In this document: positions 60,513 to 64,000 of the stretch, piece after piece | Layout of the letters: every line of letters starts with the position of its first letter | Numbering within the stretch: the first letter of the stretch is position 1 | Source: Flectonema sp. DT1601 | Lineage: Eukaryota | Reading direction: 5' to 3' | NCBI GenBank assembly: GCA_964019425.1 | Contig: OZ025784.1 | Coordinates: 186,001-250,000, forward strand | DNA: 64,000 bases | Made by a program: the position numbers and the translations under genes | Notes under the pieces: generated by a model | Databases searched by the model: none | What the model was told of the DNA's origin: nothing | The model's input: only the letters and a program-made list of their open reading frames with translations

Positions 60513-60607
60513 GGTATCTCAAGTGACTTGGTATCTCTAGCGTGTCGGTATCTCTGGAGTGCTGGTATCTCGTATGTGCGTTGGTATCTCATGAGTGATG
60601 GTATCTC
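60513..60607 (+). repeat. Six GGTATCTC motifs with variable 9-11 nt spacers
   Basis: Directly visible, 17-bp period (one 19-bp). Confidence 0.9.
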
Positions 60608-60880
60608 TTGTGCATTAGAGAAACGAAAAAGAATGTCATGACCATGACGGAAGAATTGAGGAATTGAGTTAACATGTTCAATTTAACTGAATTTCGATAA
60701 AGTGGGAAGTAACGGACTGGGAGCTTTTGGCTCCTGCCCTATTCCCGATGTAAACTTTCTTTTTATTTTTATTTTTTTTAACAGGCCCAAAGGGCGACAA
60801 TGATGGTTGCTGACCAAGGAATAATATTCAAATGAATTTTCGTTTCAAAGAAACGAACAGAATTAAGAGAGAGGCAGAGG

Positions 60881-60911
<31 letters not shown>

Positions 60912-61091
60912 GAAAAAAAAAAATGAAGAGGAAATAATCAAACATGAAAAAAAAAAAAAAAAAAAAATATATATATAAATAAAAAACGTTGTATGAAAAA
61001 GGAAAAAAAAGAAAAAAAAAAGACCAGAAAAGGAAAGAGAAAATGAAAAGGTATAATATTATTGTGGGGATATGAGGGATAGCAGGGAGAT

Positions 61092-61122
<31 letters not shown>

Positions 61123-64000
61123 CTTATTTATTATTTTAAAAAAAGGAAACAATCAGTTTAGCGTCTCGATCAGGACGGAAAATAGAAATTAATCGACATA
61201 GTTGATCGATAGAAAAAAAAACTATGATAACATTGTTTATTCATTTTTTTTTTTTTTTTTTTTTTAAATCTTTTTAATTATTTTAAAGAAAAAACAATCA
61301 GTTTAGCGTCTTGACCAGGACGGAAAATAGTAAGTAATCGACATAGTCGATCGATAAAAAAAAAACAATGATAACATTGTTTATTCCTTTTTTTTTTTTT
61401 TTACTCTTTTTATTTATTTTTAAAGAAAAAACAATCAGTTTAGCGTCCTGACCAGGACGGAAAATAGAAAGTAATCGACATAGTCGATCGATAAAAAAAA
61501 CAATGATAACATTGTTTATTCTTTTTTTTTTTTTTTTTTTTTAATTCTTTTTATTTATTTTTTTAAAAAGAAAAAAAATGGAAAATAGAAATTAGTCAAC
61601 AAAGTCGAACGATAAAAAAAAACAATGATAACACTGTTTATTCTTTTTTTTTTTTATTTTTTTTATATTCTTTTTTATTAATTTTGAAAAAAAAAACAAT
61701 CAGTTTAGCGTCTTGACCAGGACGGAAAATAGAAAGTAATCGACATAGTCGATCGATAAAAAAACAATGATAACATTGTTTATTCTTTTTTTTTTTTTTA
61801 TTTTAAATTCTTTTTATTTATTTTTTAAAGAAAAAAAAACGGAAAATAGAAATTAGTCGACAAAGTCGAACGATAAAAAAAAACAATGATAACATTGTTT
61901 ATTCTTTTTTTTGTATTTTTTTATATTCTTTTTTATTAATTTTGAAAAAAAAACAATCAGTTTAGCGTCTTGACCAGGACGGAAAATAGAAAGTAATCGA
62001 CATAGTCGATCGATAAAAAAAACAATGATAACATTGTTTATTCTTTTTTTTTTTTTTTTTTTAAATTCTTTTTATTAATTTTTTAAAGAAAAAAAACGGA
62101 AAATAGAAATTAGTCAACAAAGTCGAACGATAAAAAAAAACAATGATAACATTGTTTATTCTTTTTTTTTTATTTTTTTTTTTTAATATTTTTTTTTTAT
62201 TTTGAAAAAAAAAACAATCAGTTTAGCGTCTTGACCAGGACGGAAAATAGAAAGTAATCGACATAGTCGATCGATAAAAAAAACAATGATAACATTGTTT
62301 ATTCTTTTTTTGTATTTTTTTATATTCTTTTTTATTAATTTTGAAAAAAAAACAATCAGTTTAGCGTCTTGACCAGGACGGAAAATAGAAAGTAATCGAC
62401 ATAGTCGATCGATAAAAAAAACAATGATAACATTGTTTATTCTTTTTTTTTTTTTTTTTTTAAATTCTTTTTATTTATTTTTTAAAGAAAAAAAACGGAA
62501 AATAGAAATTAGTCAACAAAGTCGAACGATAAAAAAAAAACAATGATAACATTGTTTATTCTTTTTTTTTTTGTATTTTTTTTAATATTCTTTTTTATTA
62601 ATTTTGAAAAAAAAAAAACAATCAGTTTAGCGTCTTGACCAGGACGGAAAATAGAAAGTAATCGACATAGTCGATCGATAAAAAAAACAATGATAACATT
62701 GTTTATTCTTTTTTTGTATTTTTTTATATTCTTTTTTATTAATTTTGAAAAAAAAACAATCAGTTTAGCGTCTTGACCAGGACGGAAAATAGAAAGTAAT
62801 CGACATAGTCGATCGATAAAAAAAACAATGATAACATTGTTTATTCTTTTTTTTTTATTTTTTTTTTTTAATATTTTTTTTTTTATTTTGAAAAAAAAAA
62901 CAATCAGTTTAGCGTCTTGACCAGGACGGAAAATAGAAAGTAATCGACATAGTCGATCGATAAAAAAAAACAATGATAACATTGTTTATTCTTTTTTTTT
63001 ATTTTGTTTTCTTTTTATTCATTTTTTAAAGAAAAAAAACGGAAAATAGAAATTAGTCGACAAAGTCGAACGATAAAAAAAAAAACAATGATAACATTGT
63101 TTATTCTTTTTTTTTTTGTATTTTTTTTAATATTCTTTTTTATTAATTTTGAAAAAAAAAAAACAATCAGTTTAGCGTCTTGACCAGGACGGAAAATAGA
63201 AAGTAATCGACATAGTCGATCGATAAAAAAAAACAATGATAACATTGTTTATTCTTTTTTTTTATTTTGTTTTCTTTTTATTCATTTTTTAAAGAAAAAA
63301 AACGGAAAATAGAAATTAGTCGACAAAGTCGAACGATAAAAAAAAAAACAATGATAACATTGTTTATTCTTTTTTTTTTTGTATTTTTTTTAATATTCTT
63401 TTTTATTAATTTTGAAAAAAAAAAAACAATCAGTTTAGCGTCTTGACCAGGACGGAAAATAGAAAGTGATCGACATAGTCGATCGATAAAAAAACAATGA
63501 TAACATTGTTTATTCTTTTTTTTTATTTTAAATTCTTTTTATTTATTTTTTAAAGAAAAAAAAAACGGAAAATAGAAATTAGTCGACAAAGTCGAACGAT
63601 AAAAAAAACAATGATAACATTGTTTATTCTTTTTTTTTGTATTTTTTTATATTCTTTTTTATTAATTTTGAAAAAAAAAACAATCAGTTTAGCGTCTTGA
63701 CCAGGACGGAAAATAGAAAGTGATCGACATAGTCGATCGATAAAAAAAAAACAATGATAACATTGTTTATTCTTTTTTTTTATTTTAAATTCTTTTTATT
63801 TATTCTTTAAAGAAAAGAAACGGAAAATAGAAATTAGTCGACAAAGTCGAACGATAAAAAAAAACAATGATAACATTGTTTATTCTTTTTTTTTTTGTAT
63901 TTTTTTTAATATTCTTTTTTATTAATTTTGAAAAAAAAAAAAAACAATCAGTTTAGCGTCTTGACCAGGACGGAAAATAGAAAGTGATCGACATAGTCGA

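Larger units (their letters stand above)
56872..64000 (+). repeat. Satellite array (~142-bp long and ~115-bp short monomers), interrupted at 58281-59906 and ~60300-61145
   Basis: Core aatcagtttagcgtcttgaccaggacggaaaatagaaa-tcgacatagtcgatcgat-aaacaatgataacattgttt recurs at e.g. 57170, 57312, 57454, 57597, 57738. Confidence 0.95.

Noticed and set aside
56872..64000. CRISPR-like array (palindromic repeats with variable intervals)
   Set aside because: The intervals are homopolymeric T/A tracts, not unique spacers; there are no cas genes and the context is eukaryotic
52000..64000. Spliced-leader RNA or 5S gene array
   Set aside because: No euglenozoan SL core (CAGTTTCTGTAC-like) or 5S-like sequence was seen in the repeat units

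Overview
Eukaryotic (protist) genomic DNA, most likely euglenozoan and probably diplonemid-like. This is inferred from a trypanosomatid-like alpha-tubulin, all genes on one strand, and polypyrimidine-AG sites just upstream of start codons alongside short GT-AG introns. Bases 1-51 kb form one minus-strand gene cluster: PKA-like pseudokinase, NIT-domain nucleotidyl cyclase-like protein, five near-identical ADP/ATP carrier genes with one alpha-tubulin inside the array, a divergent carrier, an alpha/beta hydrolase-TPR protein, DDX1, NPHP4-like, PEX11-family, alpha-MPP, a bacterial-type PyrBI fusion, a DOMON protein, phospholipase D, Scc2/NIPBL and MSH2. Bases 52-64 kb are a repeat domain: a decayed Mutator (MULE) transposase, two different non-coding, stem-rich, terminally redundant ~1.6 kb elements, and a ~142/115-bp satellite. 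The strongest signals are three. (1) All 10 distinct cis-introns end in A- or CAA-rich tracts, while putative trans-splice acceptors use pyrimidine tracts. (2) A non-coding structured element with 344-bp terminal repeats and a 13-bp TSD is inserted into the MULE zinc finger. (3) Identity among the carrier copies runs from the putative trans-splice AG to about the stop codon. All homology calls come from motifs recognised by eye; no database search or folding was run.
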